From the NCBI GenBank assembly GCA_904501755.1, contig CAJGBV010000004.1, forward strand, positions 13,209 through 77,208: 64,000 nucleotides of DNA, read 5' to 3'. Origin of the DNA: Clostridiaceae bacterium. Its GTDB lineage: Bacteria > Bacillota > Clostridia > Oscillospirales > Acutalibacteraceae. Below are positions 63,373-64,000 of this stretch, piece after piece. A program made the position numbers and the translations under genes. The notes under the pieces are model-generated. The model searched no databases and was not told the DNA's origin. It worked only from the letters and a program-made list of their open reading frames with translations. Every line of letters begins with the position of its first letter. Within the stretch, counting starts at the first letter, position 1.

Positions 63373-64000
63373 TGTGGGAAAAAATCAGTATAGCTGTCAT
63401 TATGGCAGAAATACTTCTGCTGTTATTTTTCTTTTTATGTAAATTTATTTTTACTAAATACAAAAATCCTATAATTTTTATACTTATAGCCTTTTTCCTT
63501 AACTTCGGTCTATATCTTATGCCGCTTTTTTACGGTATGTTCGAGCTTAAACAAACCCCCAATGTAATCCTTGAGGTTGTGGACAGATTTGGCGCCTCAC
63601 TTAAGTTGTTGGGCGGTGAAGCCAACCCCGACTTTTTAACACCGATTTCCGACGATATTTCTATTTTCAATGTGGCCTTTCTTTTCGGAACAGTTTTCTC
63701 AGTTCTTTCTTCGTTAAATGCGGCTATAACTGTATTCAGCCGAATTTTAAGAAATCGTATGAGATTATCAGCTAAGCTTAACAAAAAAGAGTGTGATATA
63801 GTTATAGGCACCGACGAGAACGCGCTTAAATATGCCGATACTACCCCTTGTGTAATTCTCAGCGACACAGTGCTTGACCGCGACACAGTAAAAGACCTTG
63901 TGGATAAGGGATATACCGTACTTAACAGAAATTTTACACCTCAGCTTTTAAATGGTTTTCTTTTCAACAAGTCAACTCGTTATAATATAATCTGCTTTGA
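63373..64000 (+). CDS. Membrane protein of unknown function (partial; continues beyond the right window edge)
   Basis: My own translation from ATG 63373 (AGGAGG upstream) gives MWEKISIAVIMAEILLLLFFFLCKF... and stays open to position 64000. It is absent from the ORF track because no stop codon is in the window. Minus ORF 63530..63886 is its antisense shadow. Confidence 0.65.

Noticed and set aside
1-64000. I scanned the whole window for CRISPR arrays, tRNA or rRNA genes, integrases, transposases, restriction-modification systems, toxin-antitoxin pairs and known defence-system hallmarks.
   Set aside because: I recognised none. The only mobile-looking sequence is the recombinase-less insertion at 3518-5034. 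The repeats I found are the ones listed above. This was a scan by eye, so short or degenerate elements could have been missed.

Overview
This is a 64-kb, densely coding chromosomal window from a low-GC Gram-positive anaerobe. Taxonomy is inference only: the scr-dnaX-ybaB-recR synteny, rny, feoAB plus the small Cys-rich gene, a class B sortase and the dockerin and cohesin-like modules suggest Clostridia, probably Ruminococcus/Oscillospiraceae-like. Most genes are housekeeping (thrCB, pgi, mnmA, rny, nadE, birA, lexA, rnhA, dnaX, recR). The rest are cell-envelope functions: three tandem GH16 genes, a DD-carboxypeptidase, an LCP-sortase B-substrate cluster, dockerin-bearing surface proteins, and a Wzx/Wzy glycopolymer locus with glf, four GT2 genes, tagF-like and tagD at the right end. 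I found no rRNA, tRNA, CRISPR array, prophage, transposase, integrase, restriction-modification system or recognisable defence system. Two RNA genes are supported. One is a short SRP RNA just upstream of dnaX. The other is a roughly 180-nt rod-like RNA at 11761-11945, possibly 6S. Three protein genes are missing from the ORF track: two edge-truncated CDSs (1..984 minus, 63373..64000 plus) and a 51-aa FeoB-associated Cys-rich protein (21064..21219 minus). The best candidate for something undescribed is a 1.49-kb insertion at 3518-5034 between the MATE gene and ptp. It is bounded by 27-nt direct repeats that duplicate the ptp start. It carries a promoter, a 173-nt structured RNA and an intrinsic terminator directly in front of a DUF4236 membrane-protein gene. 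It also carries a DUF559 nuclease-fold gene flanked by imperfect inverted repeats, and it encodes no recombinase. The second candidate is a two-gene operon at 27289-30959. It pairs a membrane-anchored cohesin-like protein with a dockerin-bearing SH3b-glucosaminidase, and a third protein 7 kb away shares the cohesin-like module and ends in its own dockerin. All calls come from reading the sequence and the ORF translations by eye. No searches or folding programs were run, so family names are motif-level recognitions and RNA folds are hand folds.
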